Part shown: positions 39,622-52,830 of the stretch, piece after piece | How the letters are laid out: the number at the start of each line of letters is the position of its first letter | Position numbering within the stretch: the first letter of the stretch is position 1 | DNA from: Patellaria atrata CBS 101060 | Taxonomy: Eukaryota | Assembly (NCBI GenBank): GCA_010093705.1 | Contig: MU006090.1 | Span: forward strand, 682,001-746,000 | Direction: 5' to 3' | Length of the DNA stretch: 64,000 nucleotides | Translations under genes and position numbers: made by a program | The notes under the pieces: model-generated | Database searches by the model: none | The model's input: the letters and a program-made list of their open reading frames with translations, nothing else | Told to the model about the DNA's origin: nothing

Positions 39622-40453
39622 GTTGTGTGTTGATTGGTTGGTGATTTGGGAGAAGTAATTATTGGTAATAGTGTGTCGTTGGTTTGTTGGTTTGTTGGTT
39701 TGTATGTGGACGCGTTTGTTGGTTTGTTGATTTGATAGATGAGTTTGGTTATGATGAATAAGAGATGAGATTCCATATGACTTTATAGACACTTTGGATG
39801 CGTCAAGTTCAACCAAAATAGGCTCGTCATACGGAGAGACAATAACATTGTAGATCCTTGAGAATCTCGATACAATACGAGGGTTTGTGCGTTCAGTGTG
39901 CTAGGTGGGTGGTTCGCTCACGATACACTTAGTTTGACTCGAAATATGTGACCAGAACAATACAGATTTTGAGACCAAAAGCTCGTCGGACTCACATTGG
40001 ATTGCAGTTGAATGCGTAGTGTATATTTACAACGCTCTCGTTGTGCGTCTCACTTGTACTACCTCTGTACAGAGATGAGAAAGACGCACAATGCTTGTAG
40101 CAACCCAAGCGCAAGAATTCCGTTGAAATGCATTGCGTGAATAGAATTCGGCGAAGAATGATTGTGCCGTCTTAAAGGAGCTAGAATAGATAGAGAAGCT
40201 ACTAATGATGTAAGATGTAATAGTGACCCGATGATTGTGATCAAATGTGCTCAATAAAATTAGGGAATAAGGAAATTGCCCAGGTTAGCTTGTGGAAGTT
40301 CATGGGAATGTTCAGTAAGAGCTAACGGGATATTTGAAGCACTTATTAATTGGTCAGTACAGAATTTACATTAGCTAGACTGAAACATGATTCGATACAA
40401 GACTTCGAGTCCAGACTATCAAGATTCAAATCTCATTGGTATCAGTGTTGGCT

Positions 40454-41326
40454 CTACTTGAACCGCTTCTCGGCCGCCTTCCAGTTGACCACGTCCCATA
40501 CCGCACTGAAGTATTCGGCTTTGCGGTTCTGGTATTGGAGACTGACATTATGTTAGTATCATATAATCAAAACAACCATATCAACTTACTAGTAAGCATG
40601 CTCCCAAGCATCAATGCCAAGAATTGGTCTGAATTGGCCAACAACAGGATCTTGATTCTAAGGATGTAAATATTAGCTTTGCTATTCCATCCCGTAAGCT
40701 TCACCGGAGTACTTACAGCATATGTCTTGATGCTGATAGATCCAGTCTGAGTGTCCTGGACAAGCCATGCCCATCCACTGCCCTGAATACCAGCAAGAGC
40801 AGTATTGAACTTCTGCTTCATGGCGTCGAGACTACCAAAGCTCCCGTCAATCGCCTTGCTAAGAGAACCGGATGGTGGCTCTCCACCTCCTTGGTTCTTG
40901 GGAGCGAGGTTCTCCCAAAAGAGAGTATGGTTGATATGTCCACCACCATGGAAATTGATCAGAGGCTTAAGGGCGATCTGACCAGCAATATCCTGAGCTT
41001 GCTGGGCCTCCTGAAGCTTCTCAATGGCTTGGTTGTAAGATGTAACATAGGTGTTGTGGTGCTTGCTGTGATGAAGTTCCATGATCTTCCCGTTGATTGC
41101 GGGTTCGAGCGCTCCATAGTCGTCTAATCCACACTGCGGTTAGCATGCATGTTCCAGAGCACCAACACAGATATTTATGAAGTATGGACACACATGGAAG
41201 GTCTGGAAGTGTTGCTTTTCCTCGAACGAAGCTTACTCCTGCGAGTCTAGCACGCTTGGAAGCCACGGTAGGTGTAGCTCGGATGGTCGAGCGAAGGGCT
41301 GATGTGCGAAGCATTGTAGATGCCAT
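40454..41326 (-). CDS. sod2: Mitochondrial Mn superoxide dismutase
   Basis: Mitochondrial presequence, KATLPDLPYDYGALEP, MELHHSKHH, FHGGGHINH, QGSGWAWL and IDAWEHAYYLQY across three introns; TAG 40454-40456. Confidence 0.96.
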
Positions 41327-41520
41327 GATTCTAAGGATAAGTTCAGTAATGTGTACGACAGTGATCAATTGGCTGGGATATGTATCTCTGTAAAATGGGG
41401 AAGTTGGAATGAATTGATTTTCGGACGTCTGGAGATTGATAAGAGGTTTGGGATACTTGCAGCTCAAGCTTACCCGCAAGCTCATGGTGACGTTTTGTCG
41501 TGCTCTTAGAGTATCCGAGC

Positions 41521-41560
41521 AACCGCCTGTTACCGCCTGTCACCGCCTGTCACCGCCTGT
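41521..41560. repeat. 4 x 10-bp tandem repeat (nACCGCCTGT) in the sod2/sidL divergent promoter
   Basis: aaccgcctgt taccgcctgt caccgcctgt caccgcctgt read directly from the sequence. Confidence 0.9.
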
Positions 41561-42039
41561 TTGATGGGCAGCTAGCTTCAATAAAAACGGCAGAAAGCCT
41601 TCTCCGCCTCAACCCCGAGTATCGGTGCCGTTGGCAGGTCACCCCGCGTTTTGGTGCGGTACAGGCGCCTGACGCCTGTAAATCGAGGGGAGATGGGGGG
41701 TTACCGCCCAAACTCTAGGCACCGTACCACCAAATGCTAGGCACTATCAAGTATACATTGCCGCCCTCATAAGCAACAAAGCTCATATGTCCACAAGCCT
41801 CCTTTTCATCATGTTGTTTGCTTTCATACATCCGCTCTTCGGAGGTGTACTGTACCTTTCGTACCATTGTCCCTTTTTATCACCCCACTATCACCGTAAA
41901 AAAGAATCCGTAAAATATATCTCTGCAAGTATAGTACACGAATATGTCCCGTTCCATCTGATTCACCTTCCCTTCATCCATATCCTCCTAGATCCTATCA
42001 ATCCCACATCTTGATGCTCCCGTCCCCACCTTGTCCGTC

Positions 42040-43752
42040 ATGCTTCCATCCATTGTACATCTCCCAAATGGTACCAACCTCACCGTAACCCCTGTGTTCG
42101 GGGGTTTATACTTCAAGTCCAACGAACTGAGCTCCCACAACCACCACTCCCCCTTCCCACCAGGATGGACAATTGTCCTCAACTCTGAGGATTACGAGGA
42201 GGACCATGCAGAAAGCAAAGCTAGCCTCGTGGACGACGAGAGCAAATCTCAGGAAGATGAACCCAAAAAGTTCCGTAAACATATCCACCGCTTTAGAATA
42301 CCGACCCTCCAAGGCGACCACCTATACATCTCCTCGATATCGAACCCAAGCGACACCAAAAGCACCGTATCCCCTACCCGCCAAATCGCCATGATGCTCT
42401 GGGCCACGCTATGGTGGTACTTCCACCAACCCGAACCCTCCCCCCAATTCACAAGCATCGCATCCGCCAAAACCCCCGATGCCGGCAAGCCCAAGAGCGA
42501 ATGGCGCATAAACATCAACAGGGAAGGCATCTTCACGGGCAAAGTCGTCCTCCCAAAGCTGGAGCGCATGGGTCTAATCGCCTCGGAAGACTCAACGGTC
42601 GGCGTAGACCAGGACGAGCGACCAGGCGAAGGCTGGCTCAACATGTTCGTCTCGCGGCGCTCGTTCTGGCAACTCGATGCCCGACTCTACCTCTTCACCC
42701 TCTCACCATCACCGCACTCCCCCTTCCCCGGAACCCCGTACGCCTCGCGACCCGGCTCCCCCAGCGGCGAAGGCGCCATCCGCAAAGAACCTCCCCTCGA
42801 CTCCTCCACAGCCGTGACAACCGGCCTCTGGTCCCCCACCGGCCCGGGCCCCTTCCACTCTGCCTCCCACCAGCCAACATACTACCCCCCTCCTCCCCCG
42901 CAATACGTCTTCACGAACAACATCCGGCACCCGCTGCGTCCGAAGCCCCCGCGTCAGGGCGAGACCTTCTACACCCGCTACGTGCCGAGCGTGGGCCAGT
43001 ACATATCCTTCCGCGTCGCGTCGGCGTCCTCGAAAGCGTGCATCTTCCGCGGCCCGACCTCGAGCGCGACGGTCGCGAATCTGGTCGCGCGGACGCTGGC
43101 TTCCGACTCCACCACCACCGTCAACTGGGTCGGCGACTGCGACACCGACCTCCTGCACCGGTGGATGAACCTGCCGCGGGTCGCGCACTCGTGGGGCGAG
43201 TCCGGCCCGCGCTCCCACCAGGAAGCTTTCCTCAAGAACGGGTTGAAGTCGCGCCACTCGTTTCCCGTCATCGGGTGCTGGGACGGTAAGCCGTTTGGTT
43301 ATTTCGAGATATATTGGGTCAAGGAGGATGTGTTGGGCAAGCATCTGGGCGGAGACTGCGGGAATTATGACAGGGGGATTCACTGTTTGGTCGGAGAGCA
43401 GGAGTATAGGGGTCCGGAGCGGGTGAAATGTTGGTTATCTGCGTTGGTGCATTGGTGCTGGTTGAGTGATTTGAGGACGGAGGTCGTGATTATGGAACCG
43501 AGGGTTGATAATGTGGTGTAAGTACCCCCCCTATTCGATATTGATGAGCAACAACATACCCCCCCTCCCCCGAAAAAAAAAAAAATTAAAAATTAAAGAA
43601 ATGATTCAGAACGAGAACGCTAATGTGAATACAGGTTACACAACTACCTCACCGAAATCGGCTTCTACAAGGAGCGAGAAGTCACCTTTCCCCACAAGCA
43701 GGCGAACTTGATGAAGATCAGGCGGGAGGCCTGGTCGCAGCCTGCGCTCTGA
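42040..43752 (+). CDS. sidL: SidL-like siderophore N-acyltransferase (AlcB/IucB-type GNAT domain)
   Basis: HLPNGTNLTVTPVFGG, FPPGWT, LHRWMNLPRVAHSWGESG, PFGYFEIYWVKED, YDRGIHCLVGE and EPRVDN, then after an intron near 43518-43634 FPHKQANLM; TGA 43750-43752. Confidence 0.8.
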
Positions 43753-44362
43753 AGTTACGAATTCACGCTTAGTGTCATGTCCAGACGTTTTTCTTGGGCC
43801 ATATACCTGATGTAGTGGTTTGGATGTATTTCGTTGATGGCGTTTGTTGTACTGTACTGTACTATGCGCTGTAGCGTTAGGTAGAAAAAGGAAATCTCTC
43901 GACAGACAGGTTCAATGGGACTTATGTAGTTTTGGCCCTTTCAAGCCAATTGACCTCCTTAACGGCGGACAATTAGGCCGAATAAGCCAAAACTCAAAAT
44001 AAACGGTTATTTGATAAGTGACATGTAGTTCTTAGTTTTCAACTCTCGGATGCAATTCATCGTCATCCCCGTATTCCGAATCCCAATTCGCATTATCTCC
44101 AGCCCACTTCCATCCTCTCCCGAACCCAGCTAACCTCCCCATCCCCCTTACTCCCTACATCTCACACCAACCTCAGCAGACTCAGCACACAGTCACGACA
44201 GCAAACAATCACAGTAATCTCCCCTCGCATTCCCCACGTTACGTGATATACTCTCCTCCCTCTAACCCCACCCCACTCAACTCTCCCATCACTCAAAAAA
44301 GAAGTGTAACTTTTACCTCCCGGAGGCATCAACTTCCTCAATCAAAAAGTCCCAAAGAAAAA

Positions 44363-44386
44363 CAACAACAACAACAACAACAACAA
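44363..44386. repeat. (CAA)8 microsatellite
   Basis: Perfect CAA run downstream of the RasGAP stop codon. Confidence 0.85.
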
Positions 44387-44647
44387 AAGGTGAATTCCCC
44401 AAACACGGCGCGAAAAATGCAGAAGAACGATCCCATCCTAGCGCCATACAAACCACAGGCAGACATCGTAGCGCATGACATCATCACCATCAACACCACC
44501 ACCACTAAAAAATAAAAATAAAAAAAAAATACCCACAAGACAAGAGCAATCCAGTTCATCTCTTTCCCGATCTCATCCCCTGCTCTACCTAATCCCATGA
44601 TCCCTTTATCCCTTTCCTACCTCCCCCTTCACCCTCCCAGCACCCCC

Positions 44648-47600
44648 CTATCGCCCCCCCTTCTCCCCCTTCCTCCGTTTCCCAAACCCCACAATCCTAA
44701 GCACCCCCCCCTCCTTCCCCTCCGTCCTCTCCATCCTCTCCTCCCTAAAACTCGGCAACGCCGTCGTCTCCTCCTCCCACTCCTCCTCCCTGCTCCTACT
44801 AGCCCACAAGCCCGCATCTCTATTCCTATTCCTCTCTCCCTCTTCACCCCTGGCGCTGGGTGCGCGGGGCGTATGATCCCTACTCGGCACGCCGGAACCG
44901 TGCGCGTGAAAATGCGTGGGCAGCATGGCGGAGGATGAGGGCCACGGCGTGGTGGCGGAGGCATCGATTCTGGCGCCGCTGGAGCCGGGGCGGCTTGTGT
45001 CGTCGAGACGGGCGTCGAGGGAGTGTTCGTAGAGGGAGGAGCCTGGGGTCGCGGTCGAGGCTGTGATGATGGAGGATGTGTCGTGCTGCTGGTTTGTGCG
45101 TTGGCGGGTCGAGAGGGCCATTTGGAGGGGAGTTTGACTGCCTTCGCCTTCGGGCTCATCGTCGTCGTTGTCATCTTTATTCGCGTTTCTGGCGTTGGTA
45201 TCGCTTCGGATGGACGCTGATGTCGTGGAACGCTCGTGTAGTGTGCTGCCTTCCAGCTGTTCGACTAACTCCTCCCATTTCACGGATAGGCTGCTCGATG
45301 GTCTTTCTGCTCGCTCGGCGCGCTCTAGACAATCCTGGGTCCGCACGTTTAGGGCTAGACATAGGGTATGGAACTTCAACAGGTCTCCATCACTCGCTTG
45401 AATGTTCTCCGCTGTCGTCTTCGTGCCCTCCAACCATAGTCCCACGAGTGCCGCAAAATTCTTCGCGTGATCGATCAGATATGGTAGACTCGGGAATCCC
45501 TCTCTAGAGGTCGGCGGGAGTCTCTGCAAGATGGCCAGGGGGGTCGAGTAGGAAGGAGGCAGTATGGGTTGGTTGTGTAGGAGGTTTGAAGGCACGGAGC
45601 AGATGTTGTCGATGAAGGTTTTAAAATCCTGTCGATGAGAGGTGAGAAAGGTATTCATGGGTTCCATCCAGGATTCCTTTTGTCCAAAGGTAGACATATT
45701 TGCAAGGCCTTGGAGTGACTTTGCGATGAGAGTTAGAGTGCGACGGGCGCGGGCTTGAGGATGATCTAACATATAAAAGTTAATAACACTCTATATAAAA
45801 TTGCGTTTATAATGGAAGGGGAAGAAGAGTGAGAATATAATTACCTTTAAGTAAGCCAAACAGCTTCGGGTTCAGCACAGCCGGACAGAAGAACCTCAGA
45901 AACAGAAACCCAGAAACACTACTATACGTCACCGTCCTCATAAAATCGCCATATCTATCCTCCGCGCACGCCCTCACGTGCCTGAATATCAGCCTCAGCT
46001 CGGCCGGACACCTACTGGCGCTATTCGATATCGCCTGCCAGATGAGCTCTGTGTAACTAATAAGCCTGCGCCAATTCCTATCCAATTCATGCTGGCTGCT
46101 CGTCCTCGTTGGGTCAACCTCACAATCTGGGTCTTTGTCGTTGATTTGCTTGAGTTTATCACACAACGTCTCCTCCAGATATTCCTTTCCGAGCCGCTTC
46201 ATATGATAGTCTACCGCTTTGGTTAGGAGCGTATTACCCCTGAACAAGAGGTTCGCTTCTTGCTTGGCGGAGTTGCCCATGTCCCTGAGAAACAGTTCCC
46301 GGTCTGAAGCTGAGTTTACCGAGTGGTTCGAGTCTGTCGAGCCTAATCGTTTACTAAGCCGAAGACGACTCGCGGGTGTCTCCTTAATTGTCCCATCAAT
46401 CTCCTCTTCCACCAAACTCATGATCCACTCGCCGGCCTGCCCACTCACCTGAAAGATATTGAGCAAGCACTCACTCACTCTCTTTAAATCATTTGGGATC
46501 ATCTGTGCAATCTGCATCGTGAGTCCATTTGAAAAGCGGTGTAGCAGCTCAGACATAGGTTGGTAGTCCTTCGCCATCAGAATGACCCCTTCTTCTGTTC
46601 TGAGTTTGAGCAAGATCTCCCCGATTGACTGCCCGTAGGTGTTTTGCAGCGTCCACCATCGCTCGATATCGGAGCCAGGAGTCAGATCGTCAAGGTAAAT
46701 TTCTACTTTGCCGTGCGTTTGGTCGAATGTTACGCCGGTATAACCGTCTGACCCCTCTGAGGACAGGTTGGGATCTTGCACCAGTTCTGGTTTGTGGTTG
46801 TGGTTTGAACGATTGTCCTTGTGTAATTTTGCAGGTGGTTCCTGGGATTGAGGTGAAGGTAAGCGTTTTCTTAATAGCAGAGAAGCGGTCGAGAGAATCG
46901 CGGGCAGGTCGGGAAACTCGAAGTCTTCGCGCCAGAACAGGGTGGATGTTTCGTCTTTTAGACTCGTTCGCGCTCGTGTCTCTCCGTCTAGCAGGATCTC
47001 GACATAATATCCTCCTCCTGAATGATTGATATTGCTTGATCCCGGTCGATTGGTCGAACCGTGCGACTGCTGAGTAGTCTGATGTGCTGCTTGCATCGGA
47101 CTCACGGGCTGTAGTAGACGAGCCTCAATAATCCGTACGCTCAACAGCCTTTCCATGCGAAACATATCTTTCGTAGAGGCAGCAAATGTCTGCGAAGAAG
47201 TTAATTCGTCTGTAATAGACGGTTGTTTCGGGCCGTAAAGCTGCGGTATCGTAAAAGCTCTCAGAAGCACAACCCAGACTTCATATAGCACTCTCGACTC
47301 CAACGACAGGAAGATAGGCCTGAGCAGGGACGAAGTAGTCGTGGTGGAGGTATACTGGGGATAAATAGCGATGCAGAAATCATTATCCAAGACAGAGGGA
47401 TCCAAGCGCTGAATCGCGCTCCGCGACAGCTGGCTCAACTGAATCACAGACACGAGCGTGACATCAGTATCACTATACAGCTTTAACTCGCCATTCTCCC
47501 GTAACGTGCAACTTACCCTCCTCCACCGCCTGCTGCCAAAACTCTGCATCTTGAACGCCTGTGGCCTAGCAGCGCCGCGGCTTGTGGCTCCTACGTTACT

Positions 47601-48788
47601 GCTGTACGAGACATTGGTGTCCCAGAAGACCATCTTGCCGACTTTGATGATCGGCGCTTCCTTGAGCAACGAAACTTCAGAATGCCGTCTGCTCTCTGCC
47701 AGCCGCCTTTCCATCGCTACCGGGGCCTGGCTCTTCGCCATCTTATTTCCCATGCCTTTTGGCCGTATCGGCTGCCAACAGAGCAGCGCGGCAAACCAGG
47801 TATCGAACTCCTCCTGTGTCGGGGGTCTTAGATGCATTTCTAAACTGCTATTTGGCACCATCACGTCAATATACGCCGTATATGACTCGCTATCATAAGC
47901 ACTTTTCACCTGACACCCTCGCAGGTCGGGGATGAGTGTTTTTGTGAAGGTAGAGGTGGTGCTGGTAGTAGAAGAGGGCGTATAGACTAGTGATCCGGCC
48001 TCGGCTTCGATGTGGCAGTAGGACAGCGACCAGGGATTTGTCTCGCCGCGGCGGAATGCGAGCATACCGGCCATACGACCGCAGGTGGATTTCATGAGTG
48101 CGAGGATCTTACGTGCGGGGGGTGAGGGGGAAGCGGTAAAGAATGAGTCGGGTTCGGGTGCTGTGTGGGCTAAAGGGGACGCAGTTCTCGGAGGCTGCTT
48201 TACTAGTCGAGTTCGGGAGCTGTTGGAGGGCCGAATTTGAGCGTGGGTGTGTGCAGATACGATACTCGGCTGTCCTATACTCGTCACTGTCTCTTCCATC
48301 GTCTGGTACGTTGCGCTGCTCGTCGAGTGCACACTCCCAATTCGATGTCTACTCTTCATATACAGACTACTCGGACTCCTATCTCTCACGCTTCTTTCTT
48401 CCAGCGTTCGCGTCCGCGGTCGAGAGTGTGCGCTCTCCCTCATTCTCATACTGCTGGTGCTGTACTCGTCCCGAACATCGCTAGAACCGGTGCGCGAGAG
48501 GTAATTCCGTGGGTTTGAGCGAGGTGAGTCTCGCGCCTGCGCCAGGGAGGGGGATGTCGGGGGTGAGGACGTTATGATTCCGTGAGCGGGATCTGTGTAG
48601 AGGCCTCCAGGTTGGTGGGAGCCTTCCTCTGGTATCGAGTCCGGAGTTACGGCGCGGATGGTAGTCGGTACGTGACTGTAGAGACTTCGAGCCTGGGGAT
48701 GACGGGAGGATATAGATTCCTGGACCGCATCGTCGTCTTCCTTTGTGAACGAGGGTTTTCGGCGAGTGGGACGGGTGCCGTGGTCCAT
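44648..48788 (-). CDS. bud2: Bud2/Cla2-like Ras GTPase-activating protein (PH-like + C2 + RasGAP)
   Basis: LLFRGNTLLTKA, FLFLRFFCPAVLNPKLFGL (RasGAP signature), RTLTLIAKSLQGLAN and C2-like FWREDFEF; intron 45766-45844 joins the 993-aa and 374-aa ORFs. Confidence 0.88.
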
Positions 48789-50500
48789 TATTGCGGTGGC
48801 ACTGTATGCTATTCAAGGACCTAGCCTTCGTTGGTGCACAACGGTGGCTGTCCTTCCTCTTGACCCAACTATTTTTCCCTTATAGTTTTTAATTTGTAGC
48901 GAGAGTACCGGTTGGAGGCTCTTCGTTATGATATTATCACCATGCCCACTAGGAATGCGAGGCACCGACTCAGTCGTATCCCTAAAGCCCGCATTTGTCC
49001 CAGTCCCAGTCCGCGGAGGTCAGGTCAAAGGCGGCCCGTTCGGAGGGAGGCGAATAACAGACGATACGACTGTATCACAATGAAGTAGTCCGGGGGGTAA
49101 GCGTGATGCTTAAGGCAATGTATGTTCAGTGGAGGTAATAGGTCGAGGCAGGTTCAAAATATGCTGAGGTATAGGGTATTATAGGTATCTACGAAGAACC
49201 GAAGCTGGTGGTGCAAAAGGTCTCCCGTCCCACGGCGCATTGGACGGCTTGGCGCAGTATTTAGACGGTAAGAACCGTAAGATAATTATTGTGGGGAAGG
49301 GGAGGACGCTTTAAGCTATTACGGGTGTAGTTCCTTATAATGGCTCCACTTATAACCGCTATTTCCTTGACTTGGACGAGCTAGAACCCTTGGTTAAATG
49401 CAAGAGAAGCGCAATTGCCGTAAATATGTTAAATCCTATTCATGATATAACCTCGAAATCACCAGCAGGTGGTATTCTATTGCATGTACTGTACAAGTAC
49501 TGTATGGGGTGAATACCATTGGAAGCGACGGGAGCAAGCAGCTTCGAAGAATGCGCCCGGAGGGGTATTGGATCAGGAACCTGCAGGGGAAGCAAGACAA
49601 AGCATTCGTGACACACCTTAGAACTATATCATCTGAAATATAACTGCAACGCCGAAAAGACCTCAGTCTACCGTTTTCCACGGATGGAGCTTTCCACTGC
49701 GAGAAGCAGAAAGAGACACAAAGAGTCAAAGAAAGATTCTGGCTGCCTTATCGTTGGCTTTGGTCTTTCACAATGTGTGCACTAGCATCCTAATCGGGCC
49801 TTGGGTAGGGCTGTTGATGTCCAAAAATGGACAATATACCTGTTTTGGGAAGCAGCACTTTCCATGAGAACTACCAGACTTCCAAGTGTTGAAGCATGTG
49901 GTCTACCATCTCATCAGCTTGTTACCTTAAATGTTAGGATTGGAAATATGCTTGCGTCAAGAGTGGAGAACCGTCCATAATGAGATTTTTGGAATTGAAT
50001 TTCAGGTCGTGAAGCTTTTCTGTTGCCGTAAAACATTATCTTGTCAATTGCATTGCTATCTGCCATATACTTAGGTTGTAATGTACAGGAAAATAGGTGC
50101 CGTGAACTGAAAGCATTGTCCATCAATACGTGATATACCCATCGAAGTAAGCATCCTCATCAAAAGTAGAGGAAATAGAAATTGCGCAGTAGATGTCCAA
50201 TGAAAACTGTCCTGAAATCCCGGAGAATCTCTTTTAAAGAATCCAACATTATTCGCCATCAGCTCCATTAACCTCGCTTTGCTCTTGGCAATCGTTACTT
50301 AATCTAGAAGGAAACCGAACTTCCCCTGGGCTGTTGAGATAAATACTGTGAGAAGGAGCAAAAAGGTGATATATACTACTGTAAAACCTATAATCATAGT
50401 ATAAGTCATCTGGCAAAAAAAAAAGTTAAGATTGCTGATGGTGGAGGGATGGGCTGGGGTAATCTCCAATCCAACGTTCGAGTCTCTCAGCTTCGCGAGA

Positions 50501-51613
50501 CTACCTGAACGGAGAGTTCTCGTTGACATGCTCGTCCCCAAGAACTGGGCTCAATGGTTGACTACGTGCACCACTCAAGTCACCGCTGCCAGTCTTGCGG
50601 AGTGCCTGTCTCATAGTTTCTACAGTCAACTCGCCGTGTACCGGAGGACTGTGAGAAGTAATCGGACTTCCTGGTGCTTTGGAAGGTACTTTAGCAGAGA
50701 TTCCATCAACCCCTTTCATAGAAGGCGTCCCGCTTGTCGGAGGGGAAGTGCCCAGCTGGCCGTGCGACGAGGCTGGAGAACGCACAGGCGAGGGCGATCG
50801 GTTTGCAGTAGCGGAGGAGAGACTCATATGGTGCATGGAATCTCGGCTACTCCCAACATGTTCTGATTGTACGACATCTGCGAAGGAGATGAAGCTTAAC
50901 CTTCGTACGTCGGTTGGGTCTAGGGAACCGTATGTGGATGCGGCTTCCTCGATATCCTGGTGGCCAGTCACGTCTTCTTGGGATAACGAGGCAATTGCGC
51001 CATCGTTCGAGGCGACTCCGCTTACGACACTGACAGCCGCAGGTTGATGAGCTGCGTGTGTTACAATTTCGACTTCATCGGGGTTCAGATGGTCATCTGT
51101 GATGGCTTCGGAAGCTGCTTCTAGCGTTGGTGGAATGCGATCTTCGGTCTGGATGTGCGCAGGAATTGCTGGTGAAAGTTCCCCTGATAGTGCGGCGCTC
51201 TCCTGGACATTGCGCTCGAATATCTGGGAGGATGCGGGCGAAGGGAAGCCCGGAGAAGAAGAGCGATATCGCCGGGTTGGAGATGCAATAGCCGCACTCA
51301 TTCTAGGACTCCTCTGGGGCGAGGTTCCAGCGAGGTTGACTGTGGGCGTCTGGTTCAAAGGGAGAGGTTGCGGTTTCACTGGAGCTTTAGAGCCTGATGC
51401 TTCGTTGTCCTTACTAGCTTTGTCGGCTGTTTTCTTCTTTACGAGACCGAACAACTTTCTCGTACTATCAGATATTGATGATGGTGCTGTTCCTTTCTCG
51501 GGTTCGTTATTATCTATCTGCTGAGACGATGTTTCCTGAATATGAGGTACGGAAGAGCTGCGCGAGGTGACAGAGGCATGAGCCGGGTTTGCAGTTTCTC
51601 CCAAGGTACTCAT
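50501..51613 (-). CDS. Conserved fungal hypothetical S/P-rich protein
   Basis: Long ORF with QIFERNVQE, HIQTEDRIPPTLEA and RRLSFISFADVV; the ATG at 51613 directly follows a likely 5'-UTR intron (51762-51614). Confidence 0.7.
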   Translation of the reverse strand: MSTLGETANPAHASVTSRSSSVPHIQETSSQQIDNNEPEKGTAPSSISDSTRKLFGLVKKKTADKASKDNEASGSKAPVKPQPLPLNQTPTVNLAGTSPQRSPRMSAAIASPTRRYRSSSPGFPSPASSQIFERNVQESAALSGELSPAIPAHIQTEDRIPPTLEAASEAITDDHLNPDEVEIVTHAAHQPAAVSVVSGVASNDGAIASLSQEDVTGHQDIEEAASTYGSLDPTDVRRLSFISFADVVQSEHVGSSRDSMHHMSLSSATANRSPSPVRSPASSHGQLGTSPPTSGTPSMKGVDGISAKVPSKAPGSPITSHSPPVHGELTVETMRQALRKTGSGDLSGARSQPLSPVLGDEHVNENSPFR

Positions 51614-52070
51614 CTGCGGTAATGTATCGGTTAGTGCGAGATTTTTTCTTGAAGTAGAATGAGCAAAGTTAAATTCCAGCAGTCTAAAAGTTATTAGAGG
51701 TACGAAATAATTGAGGTTGGAGTCGTCGCTACCCAACAAGCGGGGGAAAAGGTGCAACTTACAGAGAGGGTTTTGGGCGAGAGAGGGGCTCTGGTTCTAC
51801 AGCTGGTTGAGGTGTTCAGAAGATAAGTATCTTGTGAGCGATAGAAGATGTTTTTGATGATATGGTGGTCCGTTGTTGTCCGGTTGCGGGTGTTGGATGT
51901 CTTAGCTGATTTTCTTGCTTTGGTTGTACCTTTTGGTTGCTCACGGGACTTTTGAGTTGATTGTTTGATGAGTTAAGGTTGCTGCTGCTTGTTGCTTGTT
52001 GTTTCGTCCTTGCTGCATACGTACGCCGAGCCAAAGCCGCTAACGTAGTCCCGTCCTACCACTCGTATTG

Positions 52071-52830
52071 GGTGATGATACGGACACTTCAAAACGTACT
52101 TTTGGTTCCAGACTAACTGAGGGACTACTATATGCCCAGAGGAGCTATCTAGGGACCCGTAGATTCTAAACCCCATACGGATAATACGTGTTCTGTACCA
52201 AAATATTATATCGCGTCGAGTACCTCGTTCGTCGCCTTCCTCTTCGTGAAGCCGAAATCTCCTAAATTCTTCCTTTATAAACGATAATCTTTGGTATTTC
52301 TAATTATATCTCTCCCTCTTTAGTATATATTTCGACGGAGCTCTCGGAGCTGATTTTGACGATCTACTCGGCCAGCTCGACGTGGATATACTGGACCAGC
52401 TCAACGACTTGTTTGATACGGCTAGCCAGCTCGGCGACGACGGCGTATCAGCTCCGGTGCCTGAGGTGCCTGAGAATGGAGTACCTGAGATAGCTGAGGT
52501 GTCTAAGAATCGGTCGCACAACACAAGCAGTCGGAGAAAGGGGAGTATCTAAGCTATTTATACTATATATTCTGCTTGATATATCGCCTTCTATAAGACC
52601 ATAAAATTCCTAAATACGACCTTTCATTTAGGAGATTTCAGCTTCACGAAGGGGAAGGCGACGACGAGGTAGGTTTATTTACTCGATAGGATATAGTATT
52701 TCGGTGTGGAACACGTATTATCCGTATGGGGCTTAAAATTTACGGATCCTAGATAGCTCCTCTGGGCATATAGTAGTCCCTTAGTTAGTCTGGAACTAAA
52801 AGTACGTTCTGAAGTGTCCGTATCATCTCC
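52071..52830. mobile_element. Non-autonomous DNA transposon (MITE/foldback-like) with ~195-200-bp terminal inverted repeats
   Basis: 52071-52266 is the reverse complement of 52627-52830 (GATGATACGGACACTTC...GAAGTGTCCGTATCATC). Mismatches inspected are mostly G/A or C/T transitions; a short acidic ORF remnant lies inside. Confidence 0.88.

Noticed and set aside
42411..43383. Long overlapping ORFs (292 aa +, 224 aa -) inside the sidL-like gene
   Set aside because: Artefacts of high GC3 suppressing stops in other frames.
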